Shown in pieces: positions 8,893 to 18,974 of a DNA stretch of 64,000 bases. The position numbers and the translations under genes were made by a program. Below the pieces are notes generated by a model, which worked only from the letters and a program-made list of their open reading frames with translations, had not been told where the DNA came from and searched no databases. Location: contig OZ242318.1 in NCBI GenBank assembly GCA_965208105.1, forward strand, positions 1,472,001 through 1,536,000, read 5' to 3'. The stretch is from Candidatus Latescibacterota bacterium. GTDB taxonomy: Bacteria > Latescibacterota > UBA2968 > UBA8231. Position 1 is the stretch's first letter, and each line of letters starts with the position of its first letter.

Positions 8893-9939
8893 CTACGCAC
8901 CCCGGCCGCCAAGCGCCAGGCGCTTCAGGCGATCCGTCTCCGGCATGGCGGCGATGGGGTTTTCGAGCATCCCGATCCCGCCCGAGAAGCGCAGCCGCAA
9001 CAGGTCCCCCGCCATCAGCCCGCCGGCCAGGTCGGCCTCCGAGAAGACGATGGGCGTTCCCCAGTAGAGGGCCAGCAACTGGCCGGCATGCAGCGGCAAC
9101 CGGTCTAACAGGGTGCGCTCCATGTGGAAGAGCCCATCCGGCATGTTGAGGACGTTCTGCCCGGTCTTGCCTTCCTTGAACCCCACCCGCTCTCCACCGC
9201 GGACTATCTCGCACGACACCGTGACCTCGCTGTCGTCGTATTCCGCGGCGGTCACCAGCAGCGGTCCCATGCTGGCGCAGCCGCCGTCCCAGTTCTTGGC
9301 CTGGGGCAGGTTGAGAGGATTGTCCGCCTCCATCCAATTGTCGGACACGTCGTTTCCTCCCGTGTATCCCAGGCGCTCGACCTGCCCGTCTCTGCGAAGA
9401 CCGTAGATTGAAACCAGCTCGGTCTCGGGAACCAGGCGCCGGGTGTCCGAAGGCCGGGTGATGGGCTGGCCGTGGCCCACGACCGCATCGGGGTCGACCT
9501 TGGGAAAAAGCTCCGGCCGTCCTCCCCCCTCGCATTCGCGATATTTCTGATCGTAGACGTTTACCGGTTCTCCCGTTGCCTGCTTGGCCTCGATTTCGCG
9601 CAACCTGGCGCTGTCCTCGTGGGTCACTCCGGCCAGCCAGACGCGCAGATCGTGGGGCCGGTCCGGGGGCCCGCTGACGGGCTTGAGGAGATGAGGGCGG
9701 CCGGGACCGCGGTTGTACAGGAGGTCCTCCAGCTTCAGACGAGAGGCGGCCGCGGACGCTGCCGCGAGCCGCTCCACCGCCGCTTCCAGGCCGATCTCGT
9801 CTCCCCCGTTGCCGTAGTAGATTGCGTGGATGGAATCGGGAGCGGTCCCCGCCCGGCTCAGATCGATCACCTCCTCGCCTTCTACCAGGCCCACGCGCGA
9901 CCCTCCGTTCCGGGAGTCGTAGAATTGCAGCAACTTCAT
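8893..9939 (-). CDS. Fumarylacetoacetate-hydrolase-superfamily protein (2-keto-3-deoxy sugar acid dehydratase-like)
   Basis: VWLAGVT, RPELFPK, VPETEL, GYTGGNDVS, NPLNLPQAK; ATG 9939 with GGAG RBS. Confidence 0.75.
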   Translation of the reverse strand: MKLLQFYDSRNGGSRVGLVEGEEVIDLSRAGTAPDSIHAIYYGNGGDEIGLEAAVERLAAASAAASRLKLEDLLYNRGPGRPHLLKPVSGPPDRPHDLRVWLAGVTHEDSARLREIEAKQATGEPVNVYDQKYRECEGGGRPELFPKVDPDAVVGHGQPITRPSDTRRLVPETELVSIYGLRRDGQVERLGYTGGNDVSDNWMEADNPLNLPQAKNWDGGCASMGPLLVTAAEYDDSEVTVSCEIVRGGERVGFKEGKTGQNVLNMPDGLFHMERTLLDRLPLHAGQLLALYWGTPIVFSEADLAGGLMAGDLLRLRFSGGIGMLENPIAAMPETDRLKRLALGGRGA

Positions 9940-9961
9940 TTTAAACTCCGCATCAAGTGGG

Positions 9962-10795
9962 TTAGTGTGGATGAAACAACGGCAGATCCGATGGCGGCGC
10001 GACACCTGCATCCTCTGCCCGGCTCAGCAGGTCCGCAATCGCAGCTTCCCCGTCGCCGCCGTAGTCCAGGGTGTGCTCGTTGACGTAGAGACCGATGTGG
10101 GCCTCCATCACCTCCGCATCCATCTCCGGCGCGCGCTCCCGGATAAAAGCGCGCACCTCGTCCGGATGGGCATGGGCGTACTCCACGCTCAGGCGCACCG
10201 CATCGTCCATGCGCCGGACCAACCGCTCCCCCAGATCGCGCCGGGCGAGAATCCCTCCAAGGGGAATGGCTTTCCCCGTGGTCTTCTCCCACCACTCACC
10301 CAGATCGACCACCCTGTGCAGGCCATAGGCAGGGTAGGTAAAGCGATTCTCGTGGATGATGACCCCCGCGTCCAGCGCCCCGGCCTGTATCTCGGGCATT
10401 ATCCGGTGAAAAGGACGTACTGCCAGGTCCCTGAGAGCAGGGTTGAACAGGCGCAGCAGCAGGGCGGCGGTGGTGAGCTTGCCGGGAACGGCGATCCTCC
10501 TGCCCTCGAGATCTGCCGGCTCCAGGGGCTCGGAGGACACCACCAGGGGCCCGCAGCCTCTGCCGAGGGCGCCGCCGGCGCGCAGCAGGCAGTAGTGGGG
10601 GCGCAGGTGGGCGAGTGCGTGGAAAGAACCCCTGGTCACGTCGATGCTCCGCTCCACGGCCAGCCGGTTGAGGGTCTCGAGGTCCTCCAGCACCTGGCGG
10701 AACGGGAGCGTTCTCCCGGTCCTTCCGTGCACCAAACCGAAAAAAATGAAGGTATCGTTGGGAGCGGTGGAATATCCCAGTGAAACGGTTCTCAT
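9962..10795 (-). CDS. mqnD: 1,4-dihydroxy-6-naphthoate synthase (futalosine menaquinone pathway)
   Basis: GYSTAPNDTFIF, GGALGRGCGPLVV, IIHENRFTY, DLGEWWE...IPLGGI, HIGLYVN. Confidence 0.93.
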   Translation of the reverse strand: MRTVSLGYSTAPNDTFIFFGLVHGRTGRTLPFRQVLEDLETLNRLAVERSIDVTRGSFHALAHLRPHYCLLRAGGALGRGCGPLVVSSEPLEPADLEGRRIAVPGKLTTAALLLRLFNPALRDLAVRPFHRIMPEIQAGALDAGVIIHENRFTYPAYGLHRVVDLGEWWEKTTGKAIPLGGILARRDLGERLVRRMDDAVRLSVEYAHAHPDEVRAFIRERAPEMDAEVMEAHIGLYVNEHTLDYGGDGEAAIADLLSRAEDAGVAPPSDLPLFHPH

Positions 10796-10875
10796 TCGGT
10801 CCCGAGCCTGATCGGTTCGCCTCCGATCCGGGGCGGTTGCGTCCATGCCGGCGGGAGTGGCGTCCCTCTTCCCTT

Positions 10876-11676
10876 CTACCTGGACCCTGGGCGCGGCCCC
10901 CGGGGTCGATGGAATTCCCGGCTGCGGTCACCGGCAGCCTGGTCGATCCCCCCTTCCAACAGGAGCCGGAGGGCGGCCTCCTGGGCCCGGGCGCAGGCCA
11001 GGGGAAGATTCCACGTCTCCAGGCGGCGGTCCTCGACCTGGTTGCTGATGCTGCGCAACTCCAGGAAGGGAATGCCGTAGAGGAGGCACACGTGGGCCGC
11101 GGCGGCCCCTTCCATGTTCTCGCAGACGGCGTTGAAGCGCTCTCCCCGCTCCCGCCCCAGCTCAGCCAGGCCGCTGCACTCCTGCACGGTTACGAAGCGC
11201 CCCACGCGCAGGGCCGGAGCGGGCCTGTTCCAGCCCCTTGAAAGCAGCTCCCGCGCCCGTTCCATCAGCTTGGGGTCCACGGGAAAGGAATTGAAATACG
11301 CCCGGCTCCGCTTTACCACGGGAATACCGATGGTCTCGGCCGAGTTCCACCCGTCCCCGGTCCGCACTCCCAGGTCGCCGTAAACCTCCCCGCTGGCCAG
11401 CACCAGGTCGCCCAGGGCCAATCCCGCCCCTGGATAGGCTCCGCCCACACCCACCTGAAGCACCGCGTCCGGGCGCCATGCCTGCAGAACGCAGGTCAGC
11501 GCGTGAGCCGTGTTGACCGCCCCGATTCCCGTCTCCACCAGGCGCAGCTCCGATCCACCCAGCTTCCCACAGAGCCACTTCTTCCCCGCAACCACCTGGG
11601 AAATCGCCTTTTCCATTCGCCGGGCAAGCTCGCCCTGCTCCGACCCGGTGGCCGTCAATATGAGAACTCCGCCCAT
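10876..11676 (-). CDS. mqnB: Futalosine hydrolase
   Basis: PNP/UDP fold motifs TGIGAVNTA, GVGGAY, ENMEGAAAAHVC, ELRSISNQVEDR; adjacent to mqnD. Confidence 0.88.
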   Translation of the reverse strand: MGGVLILTATGSEQGELARRMEKAISQVVAGKKWLCGKLGGSELRLVETGIGAVNTAHALTCVLQAWRPDAVLQVGVGGAYPGAGLALGDLVLASGEVYGDLGVRTGDGWNSAETIGIPVVKRSRAYFNSFPVDPKLMERARELLSRGWNRPAPALRVGRFVTVQECSGLAELGRERGERFNAVCENMEGAAAAHVCLLYGIPFLELRSISNQVEDRRLETWNLPLACARAQEAALRLLLEGGIDQAAGDRSREFHRPRGPRPGSR

Positions 11677-11931
11677 GGAGGGAACCTGTCTGCCTGGACG
11701 CCCGTCCGGAACCCCCATCGCAGGGGATTGCCCGGCTCCGCATGGCAGGGGCGTCGCACAGAGGATATAACAGGGTTTTATCTTTTGCTGTCAAGATTCC
11801 AGCGCCGGCAGACCCCCTGTTCTCCGGGCATGGCGGCGGTCCATTCCCCTCCCCGTCAGTCTTGTGCCGCCCTGCCCATCGTCGTATCTTCAGGCCCCAA
11901 AAACCCGTTCCACCCTCCCAGGAGAAGAACC

Positions 11932-13035
11932 ATGCCCAGCCTTTTCGGAAGAAATTACACCCGGCAGCAACTCGTCCATCTCACCGGAGACATGAGCCAG
12001 CTGGCAGGCGCCCGCCGCGCCGAGCTGGTGGAAGGCAACGAACGCGGCGCCGACCTGGTGGAGGTATTCAATGCATCGGGCCTGGGCTTCTCCCTGCTCC
12101 CCGGACGCTGCCTCGACATCGCCTCCGCGCACTACAAGGGCATGTCCCTGTGCTTCCGCGGCAATACGGGTGACGTGGGTCCGGCCTTCTACGAACCCCA
12201 GGGCTTCGGCTGGATGCGGGGGTTTTTCGGCGGCCTGGTCACCACCTGCGGCCTCACCTTCGTGGGTCATCCGGAAACGGACCCGCAGGAGGAGAACGAG
12301 GAGCTGGGCCTGCACGGAAGGGTCTCCTTCATTCCGGCGAAGAACGTCAGTGCCGCGGCAGGTTGGGAGGGCGAGGACTACGTTGTCCGGGTCAGCGGCA
12401 AGATGCGCGAGGCGGTGGTCTTCGGCACCGACCTCGAGCTGACCCGGGAAATCTCCACCGTCCTGGGCGAGAAATGCCTGCGCATCCACGACCGGGTGGA
12501 GAACCTCTCTGTCGACCCCTCGCCTCTCATGCTGGTCTACCACACCAACCCCGGCTTTCCCTTGCTGGATGCCGGAGCCCGGCTGGTGCTCCACACCAGG
12601 AAGAGCATCGACTTCACCGACGGCCGCGAGGTCTCCCCCGGGGAGTATACCGCGGCCTCCGGGCCGCGCAAGCAGGCTAGCGACGAGGTCTACGTCCACC
12701 GCCCCCGCGCCGACCGCCAGGGAAATGTCCACGTGGGTCTGATCAATGACCGCCTCGGGCTGGGCATCTACTGGAAGTTCCTGCGCCGGGAGATCCCCTT
12801 CGTCAACCAGTGGCAGCACTACCACCAGGGCACCTACGTGGCCGGGATCGAACCCGGAAACTGCAGCGTGCAGGGCCGCCAGTGGAACCGCCGGCACCGG
12901 AGCCTGCAGTACATCGAGCCGGGCGAGGTGCGGGAGTTTCACATGGAGATCGGGGTTCTCGAAGGAGACCGCGAGATCCGCGCCTTCGAGCGCATGGTGA
13001 AGCAAGGCGTCAGAGCAACGAGCAAGAAGCGCTGA
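11932..13035 (+). CDS. Aldose 1-epimerase-like protein (DUF4432 type)
   Basis: RCLDI, FFGGLVTTCGL, LHGR, YHTNPGFPLL, GIEPG; GGAG RBS before ATG 11932. Confidence 0.8.
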   Translation: MPSLFGRNYTRQQLVHLTGDMSQLAGARRAELVEGNERGADLVEVFNASGLGFSLLPGRCLDIASAHYKGMSLCFRGNTGDVGPAFYEPQGFGWMRGFFGGLVTTCGLTFVGHPETDPQEENEELGLHGRVSFIPAKNVSAAAGWEGEDYVVRVSGKMREAVVFGTDLELTREISTVLGEKCLRIHDRVENLSVDPSPLMLVYHTNPGFPLLDAGARLVLHTRKSIDFTDGREVSPGEYTAASGPRKQASDEVYVHRPRADRQGNVHVGLINDRLGLGIYWKFLRREIPFVNQWQHYHQGTYVAGIEPGNCSVQGRQWNRRHRSLQYIEPGEVREFHMEIGVLEGDREIRAFERMVKQGVRATSKKR

Positions 13036-13098
13036 GAGCCTCGCGCCCGGCGTGGCCCGGGACTGGGAGGGGCAAGGCTGAGAGCCTGGTTCCGGCCC

Positions 13099-14313
13099 CT
13101 ATCCTTTTCCTTCGAGTATCTCTTCGTAACAGGCTATGAGGCGAGCGGCAGTGCGTCCTTCGGTGTAGTTCCCGAAGACCCGGCGTCTGCCTGCCTCACC
13201 CAGGCGCCGCCGTTTTTCCGGGTCGCGCAGCAGGGAGCGCACCGCTCCGGCGAAGGCGTCCACGTCCTTCAGGGCGAACAGCAGGCCGGTCTCCCCGTCG
13301 ACGATCACCTCGCGGCAGCCGCGGATATCGCTGGCCGCGATGGGCACACCCATGGCCGCGGCCTCGAGCAGGGCACGGGGAATCCCCTCGCGGTAGGAAG
13401 GCAGGACCGCCAGGTCCATGCTCAGATAGAGCTCGGGCATGTCGCTGCGCTGTTCCAGGACGATGCAGCGGTCGGCGATGCCGTGACGGCGGATCAACTC
13501 GCCGGGATCGACGGCGTCCCACTGATCATCAGCCTCGGAGATGCCCACCACCAGGAAGCGCGCCTGGCTGAACTCGCGGGCGATGCGGCCCGCCATCGCG
13601 AAGAACTCCTCGAATCCTTTCTCGCGCACCAGGCGGCCGACCATCCCCACGACCAGGTGACCCGGTTCCAGGCCCAGCTCGCGGCGCTTGTCCTCGCGCC
13701 CGCGCGGATGCAGGCCGCGGTCGAAGCGGCGCTCGTCGATGCCGTTGCCAATCAGGTGCAGGCGCCCGGGGGCCTTGAAGCGGTGCGCCCGGGCGTAGGC
13801 GAAGTCCTCGGCGCTCTGAAAGAACAGGTGATCGCACCAGCGCGCCGTCCAGCGCTCGGCACCGTGGGCGAGCAGGTTGTGCGCCCCCCTGCTGTTCTCG
13901 TTGAACAGGAAGCCGTGGACCGTGTGCACCACTGCAGCCGCCCGCGCCATCTTTCCCACCGCCGGACCCAGCAGTCCTCCCTTGGGATTGTGGGAGTGCA
14001 CGATATCGAAGCCCTCGCGGCGCAGCGTCCGGAAGAGGGCGGCGGCGCAGCGCAGGTCCGTCAAAGGAGCGATTTCGCGCGCGAAGGGGATGTGCAGAAT
14101 CTCCAGGCCGGCTTCCCTGAGGCGGTCGCCGTAGCCCTTCTCCCCGCAGATCACTCCGACCTCGAAGCCCGCCTCACGCAGCCGCGTCAGCCGGGAGCGG
14201 AGCATGAGAAAGGCGATGCGGTCCGTCGGTACGATATGGCCGATCCGCGCCCTCATCTCTTCAAACGCCCGCCACTTTGCGCACCCTGTCCGGCGCCGCG
14301 GCCTCCCGCTCAC
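13099..14313 (-). CDS. Glycosyltransferase family 4 protein
   Basis: DIVHSHNPKGG, HTVHGF, VGRLVREKG, LPSYREGIPRALLEAAAMG. Start either GTG 14313 (overlapping the upstream stop) or ATG 14256. Confidence 0.92.
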   Translation of the reverse strand: MSGRPRRRTGCAKWRAFEEMRARIGHIVPTDRIAFLMLRSRLTRLREAGFEVGVICGEKGYGDRLREAGLEILHIPFAREIAPLTDLRCAAALFRTLRREGFDIVHSHNPKGGLLGPAVGKMARAAAVVHTVHGFLFNENSRGAHNLLAHGAERWTARWCDHLFFQSAEDFAYARAHRFKAPGRLHLIGNGIDERRFDRGLHPRGREDKRRELGLEPGHLVVGMVGRLVREKGFEEFFAMAGRIAREFSQARFLVVGISEADDQWDAVDPGELIRRHGIADRCIVLEQRSDMPELYLSMDLAVLPSYREGIPRALLEAAAMGVPIAASDIRGCREVIVDGETGLLFALKDVDAFAGAVRSLLRDPEKRRRLGEAGRRRVFGNYTEGRTAARLIACYEEILEGKG

Positions 14314-15275
14314 ACCGCCACATTGTTCCTCTCCCTTCCCTCCAGAAAGGCGATCACGTTGTCCACCGCCCCCTCGTTGAGCAACTCCATTCCCTCGGGG
14401 GTCATATCGGCGGCGTGCGGGGTCAGCACCACCTGCTCGCAGCTCAAAATTGGATGGTCGTCCGCGAAGGGCTCCACCGGGAACACGTCCAGCGCCGCTC
14501 CGCCCAGGCGGCCCCCGCGCAGCGCCTCGGCCAGGGCGTCGAGATCCACGATCTCCCCCCGGGCGCCGTTGAGGAGCAGGGCGCCCTCCTTCATGAGCTC
14601 CAGCTCCCTGGGGCCGATCAGCTCGCGCGTCTCCGCGCTCAGGCGCAGGTGCAGGCTGACCACGTCGGCGCGGCGCAAAAGCTCATCCAGCTCGACGAAG
14701 CGCAGCCCCAGCTCCGCTGCCCTCTGCGGAGAGGGATGGAAGGTCCAGGCAATCACCTCCATGTCCAGCGCCCGTCCCAGGCGCGCCATCTCCGCCCCGG
14801 TGTGCCCCGTGCCCAGGATCCCCAGCACCTTGCCCTGCAGACCCAGGTTCGTCCTCCGGGTCCAGCGCCCGGCGCGTATCTCAGCGGTCTGGAACGCGGC
14901 GCGCTTGGCCAGGGCGAACATCATGCCGAACATGTGCTCGGCCACCACCGGGGCGGTGCGTCCGGGCTGGTTGGAGACGACGATGCCCAGCTCCCGGGCG
15001 GTCTCCAGGTCGATCATGTCGGTGCCGATGGAGCAGGTGGCGATCATGCGCAGGGCGGGCAGGGCGCGCAACTCCTTCTCTCTCCAATCCACCAGGCCGC
15101 GAGAGTTGATGATGATCTCGAATCCACCGGCGCGCTCGATCTTCTCGGCGCTGTCCCGGGGCCTGTTGCCGTGGAGGGTCACCTCGCCGTAGGGCCGCAG
15201 GCGCTCGAGGTGGGGCGAACCGGCGATCTGACGCGGATCGTCACCGGGGACCAGAATCTTCACAGGTGCGGGCAT
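14310..15275 (-). CDS. D-2-hydroxyacid dehydrogenase family protein
   Basis: GILGTGHTG, DVVSLH, NGARG, ALDVF..EP, LTPH. Confidence 0.9.
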   Translation of the reverse strand: MPAPVKILVPGDDPRQIAGSPHLERLRPYGEVTLHGNRPRDSAEKIERAGGFEIIINSRGLVDWREKELRALPALRMIATCSIGTDMIDLETARELGIVVSNQPGRTAPVVAEHMFGMMFALAKRAAFQTAEIRAGRWTRRTNLGLQGKVLGILGTGHTGAEMARLGRALDMEVIAWTFHPSPQRAAELGLRFVELDELLRRADVVSLHLRLSAETRELIGPRELELMKEGALLLNGARGEIVDLDALAEALRGGRLGGAALDVFPVEPFADDHPILSCEQVVLTPHAADMTPEGMELLNEGAVDNVIAFLEGRERNNVAV

Positions 15276-15341
15276 TGGTGGCCTCCTTCCTTGCCGTCCA
15301 TCTGGTGTCCGTGGCTGCAGGGGAACGCCCCGGGAATCCCC

Positions 15342-16538
15342 TCATCGGTGCAGCCCGCCCTGGTGCAGGTCCATGGCCAGGCTGCGGAAATCGCGGATGC
15401 GGTGGACCGTGCAAAGATCGGCGTCGTGCTGGTTTTCGGCGTCGCGGCTGGTGCGGGACAGGAGTATGATGTCGTCGCCGGCGATCACCGGGCTGGGATA
15501 CATGAAGCTGCGCTTCACGTGGCCGGGCCAGCGCGCCACGCAGCCGGCGGGGAACCAGTTGAGGCAATCGATGCTATAGTAGAGAAACAGCCAGCGGCGC
15601 TCGTTGCCCGGCCCTCCCATGAAACCCGACTCGCGCATGCGGTGGCCCCACCCCAGCGCGTCGTGGGAATTGGTCGCCAGGTTCCCCAGCATCCAGTAGG
15701 TGGCGTTGGGCCGGTCGTGAAGGACGAAGAACTTGCACTGGCCCCCGGGCCAGGAGACGAACTGCCTGAACTCGAGCCGGTCGGCGTCCGCGTCGTAGTC
15801 GAGGAGGGCGGCGATATTGGTGCTGGAGTAATCGTCGATGGTGCAGCGGGTGAAGACGCGGATGCGCCCGTTCACCTCCACCGTATTGGGCTCCACCCAG
15901 CCGAACACGCAGGGCGGGTCGCGGGAAATCTGCGGGCTGCCCCCGGGAGGGAAGTGGCCGCCGTTGAGGGAGCCGGGAAGCCCGGGCCGCGGCACCGTGT
16001 TGGAGCAGCTCCAGGAGCCGGGATCGAGGGGCGAGCGGCTGCGGTCGTGCTTCACCATGACCATGCAGTTCCGGCTTCGGTCGTCCAGCTCCTCCTCGGT
16101 GGCGTAGTCCATGGCCCAGTACAGGGCCTCGGGCCGTTCGACCATTGGCGTGGAGATGTTCCAGAACGGACCTTCCAGGACGCGCAGCGGTTCACTCCAG
16201 CTGCGCCCGCCGTCGTCACTGGCGACGAGATTGAAATCCTGGTTGGTGGTGTACTGGACGAACATCAGGAGCCGGCCGTCGAGCACGAAGGGAGTGGCCT
16301 CCTCGTAGGGCAGAGCCGGCAGCTCCTCCCAGCTGCGGCCTTCGTCGGCGCTGAGCAGCATGCGCAGGCTGCGCTCGATCTCGGGCCGGCCGCGGCCCCA
16401 CTGGGGGGCGGCGATGAGCAGGCGCCCGTCGTCCAGCCGGGTCATGTTGGGGTCGTGGAAGAAGTACACCCCGGGATCGGGGACCCTGGCGGCGACGACG
16501 TGCTCCTGGGCGAGAGGTTCCACGTTGGGGTTGGTCAT
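15342..16538 (-). CDS. Sialidase-like Asp-box (BNR) beta-propeller protein
   Basis: Asp-box motifs SADEGRSW, SDDGGRSW, SIDCLNW; SFMYPS near the C-terminus. Confidence 0.65.
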   Translation of the reverse strand: MTNPNVEPLAQEHVVAARVPDPGVYFFHDPNMTRLDDGRLLIAAPQWGRGRPEIERSLRMLLSADEGRSWEELPALPYEEATPFVLDGRLLMFVQYTTNQDFNLVASDDGGRSWSEPLRVLEGPFWNISTPMVERPEALYWAMDYATEEELDDRSRNCMVMVKHDRSRSPLDPGSWSCSNTVPRPGLPGSLNGGHFPPGGSPQISRDPPCVFGWVEPNTVEVNGRIRVFTRCTIDDYSSTNIAALLDYDADADRLEFRQFVSWPGGQCKFFVLHDRPNATYWMLGNLATNSHDALGWGHRMRESGFMGGPGNERRWLFLYYSIDCLNWFPAGCVARWPGHVKRSFMYPSPVIAGDDIILLSRTSRDAENQHDADLCTVHRIRDFRSLAMDLHQGGLHR

Positions 16539-16747
16539 CTTTCTACTCCTTGATGGGACGGTGAGGTTTCCTGGTGCCGGTCGTCAGGGTGCCCACAGGG
16601 GCTTACCAGCCCGGTGACCTTCATTTATATTCAATTCCTGCCTGCCTGCCAATACCCGGAGGTCCTGGATGCGCCATGGAAGAAAGGCCAGCGGCGCCTT
16701 CGGGAAGGTCCTGAAGCTGTCCTCGAAAACAACCCAGGAGAGCACCC

Positions 16748-17632
16748 ATGCCCCTCACCGAACAGCAGATCCGGCATTTCGAAGAGGAAGGCTACCTCGT
16801 CCTTCCCGGCCTCCTTCCCCTTGAGGCGAGCGCCCCCCTGAGACAGGAGCTCGCCGACATCGTCGAGTTCGAGGCGCGGCGCTTCCACGCCGCCGGAAAG
16901 GTCCCGGATACCTTCGACGCGGCTCCCTTCGACAAACGGCTGGTCAAGCTCTGCGAGGCCGCCGACGACCCCCTGGAATTGAAGGAGGCGGTCACCGGGG
17001 GCAAACGCATGAAGACCGATTCGGTGTTCAAGCTCTGGACCCATCCCGTTCTGCTGGACGTGGTGGAGCAGCTCATCGGCCCGGAGATCCTCGCCCACCC
17101 CCAGTTCGCCCTGCGCTCGAAGATGGCCTTCCAGGCGCGTTTTCCCACTATCGCCGACGACATCTTCCACCAGGACGGCGGTTTCCTCCTGGAAGAATCC
17201 GAGCACACCCGCATGGTCAACTGCTGGATGCCCCTGGTGGACGTGACCGCGGACATGGGCGCCATCCAGTTCGTCCGCGGCAGCCACAAGTGGGGGATCC
17301 TGAACCGGGCGCGGGAACCGACTATCGGCGAGGAGCACTACAGCCCCGAGGACGTGGTGACATGTCCCATCGGCCTGGGCGGCGCCCTGCTGTATCACCA
17401 GGAGACCGCTCACCGCAGCGTGACCAACACCACCGACAAGGCGCGCTGGAGTGTCGACCTCCGCTTCAGCGACCTGACCGCCCCCTCGGGCCGGGACGCC
17501 CGCGGCTTCGTGGCCCGCAGCAGGTCCAACCCGGAGCAGGTGGCCACCCACTACTACCGCGACTGGGCCCGCTTCTTCGACAACGAGGAGACCGACGAAC
17601 GGCACCGGCCGCGGCCGCCGGTAAAGCTCTGA
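16748..17632 (+). CDS. Phytanoyl-CoA dioxygenase (PhyH) family Fe/2OG oxygenase
   Basis: LTEQQIRHFEEEGYLV, FHQD, WMPL.D, VRGSH, HRS..N...R. Confidence 0.9.
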   Translation: MPLTEQQIRHFEEEGYLVLPGLLPLEASAPLRQELADIVEFEARRFHAAGKVPDTFDAAPFDKRLVKLCEAADDPLELKEAVTGGKRMKTDSVFKLWTHPVLLDVVEQLIGPEILAHPQFALRSKMAFQARFPTIADDIFHQDGGFLLEESEHTRMVNCWMPLVDVTADMGAIQFVRGSHKWGILNRAREPTIGEEHYSPEDVVTCPIGLGGALLYHQETAHRSVTNTTDKARWSVDLRFSDLTAPSGRDARGFVARSRSNPEQVATHYYRDWARFFDNEETDERHRPRPPVKL

Positions 17633-17774
17633 GGCACTTCATCCGACCGCGCCGCATCCAGGAAGCTTCGCGCCTTTGCGAGGCCGCCGGGTGCCGCCTC
17701 GGCGCCTGCGACCCGCCCGGGCCGGGCCAACCCCTTCGAGTCTCCGGCGGCCGGACCAGGGGGCATCCACCGCC

Positions 17775-18962
17775 TTGAAGAATGCTGATACCTTGTTCAC
17801 CTGGATTTCGCGCAAGAAAACTCCCTTCCTCCTCGCCGGCATCGCCCTGGGCGCCTCGGTGCTGTACCTGGCTCCCGTCCGATCCTCGGTCTGGACAACC
17901 CTGATGCTCAGCGATTTTCTCGCCGGGGGCTCGGCCTCTCCGTTCAAGTTGCTGAGCCCGACTCCGGAGACGAGCCGGGACACCCTGGCGGCCCCGGACG
18001 GACTGGTTCCCTTCGACCTCTACAGCCCTCCCCGGGGAGGACCTCACGCCGGCCTCGTACTGGTCCACGGCCTTGCTCACCTGGGCAACCAGGACCCGCG
18101 CATCCGGGAACACGCCGGTCGCCTGGCGCGGGCGGGGTTCGCGGTAATGGCCCCCGACCTGCGCGACATGAAGACCTATCGGCTGGGTTTTGCCGACGCC
18201 CGCTCCCTGGAGGCCTGCATCGCTCACCTGCGCCGCCTTCCCCAGGTCGATTCCGCCAGCGTCGGACTGCTCGCACCCAGCTTCGCCGCCGGCCCGGCGC
18301 TCATCGCCCTGAGCCGCACCCCCCACCCGCTGCGCTTCGCCCTGATCGTCGGCGGCTACTGCGACCTGCGCGAGACCCTGCGCTACACCCTCACCGGCGC
18401 CCACGGAGAACCCGGGGAGGAGCAGCTCCGGGGACCGGCGCGCAACCGGCGCAGCCGCTGGAAGTTCCTCGCCGGCAACCTCGACCATCTGCCCCCTTCT
18501 CCGAGCCGCTCCGAGCTGGGGCTCTTCATGGAGCGGCAGATGCGCAACCCGCGGCCTCCAGTGGAGCCCCACCTGGCGCGCTTCACCGCCGGCGAGCAGG
18601 CCCTCGTGCGTTTCATGGCCAACGAAGATCCGCAACGTTTCGACTCCCTCTACGCCGCGGTCCCGGCTCCGGTGCGGGCCTGGGTGGACACCCTTTCGCT
18701 GGACCACTACCTCGCCGCCAACCGGACACCCCTCCTCCTGGTGCACAGCACCACCGACGGCAAGGTCCCCTACACCGAGAGCCTGCGCCTGAGCCGGTCT
18801 CTGCCCCGGACCACCTCCTCCAGGCTGTATATCATCGACCTCCTCGCCCACGTCGATCTGAGTCTCCGCCTGGACTCCCTGGCCGCCCTGTGGAACCACA
18901 CCCTGCCCGGGTTGGGGCGCCTCTGGCTGCTGGCCTACCACCTGCTGGGCCACGCCCGCTGA
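17775..18962 (+). CDS. Membrane-anchored alpha/beta-hydrolase-fold protein
   Basis: N-terminal hydrophobic segment; LVLVHG, LARAGFAVMAPD, VDSASVGLLAPSFAAG (atypical nucleophile elbow), LLVHSTTDGKVP. Start uncertain. Confidence 0.65.
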   Translation: MKNADTLFTWISRKKTPFLLAGIALGASVLYLAPVRSSVWTTLMLSDFLAGGSASPFKLLSPTPETSRDTLAAPDGLVPFDLYSPPRGGPHAGLVLVHGLAHLGNQDPRIREHAGRLARAGFAVMAPDLRDMKTYRLGFADARSLEACIAHLRRLPQVDSASVGLLAPSFAAGPALIALSRTPHPLRFALIVGGYCDLRETLRYTLTGAHGEPGEEQLRGPARNRRSRWKFLAGNLDHLPPSPSRSELGLFMERQMRNPRPPVEPHLARFTAGEQALVRFMANEDPQRFDSLYAAVPAPVRAWVDTLSLDHYLAANRTPLLLVHSTTDGKVPYTESLRLSRSLPRTTSSRLYIIDLLAHVDLSLRLDSLAALWNHTLPGLGRLWLLAYHLLGHAR

Positions 18963-18974
18963 AGGAGGCCGTTC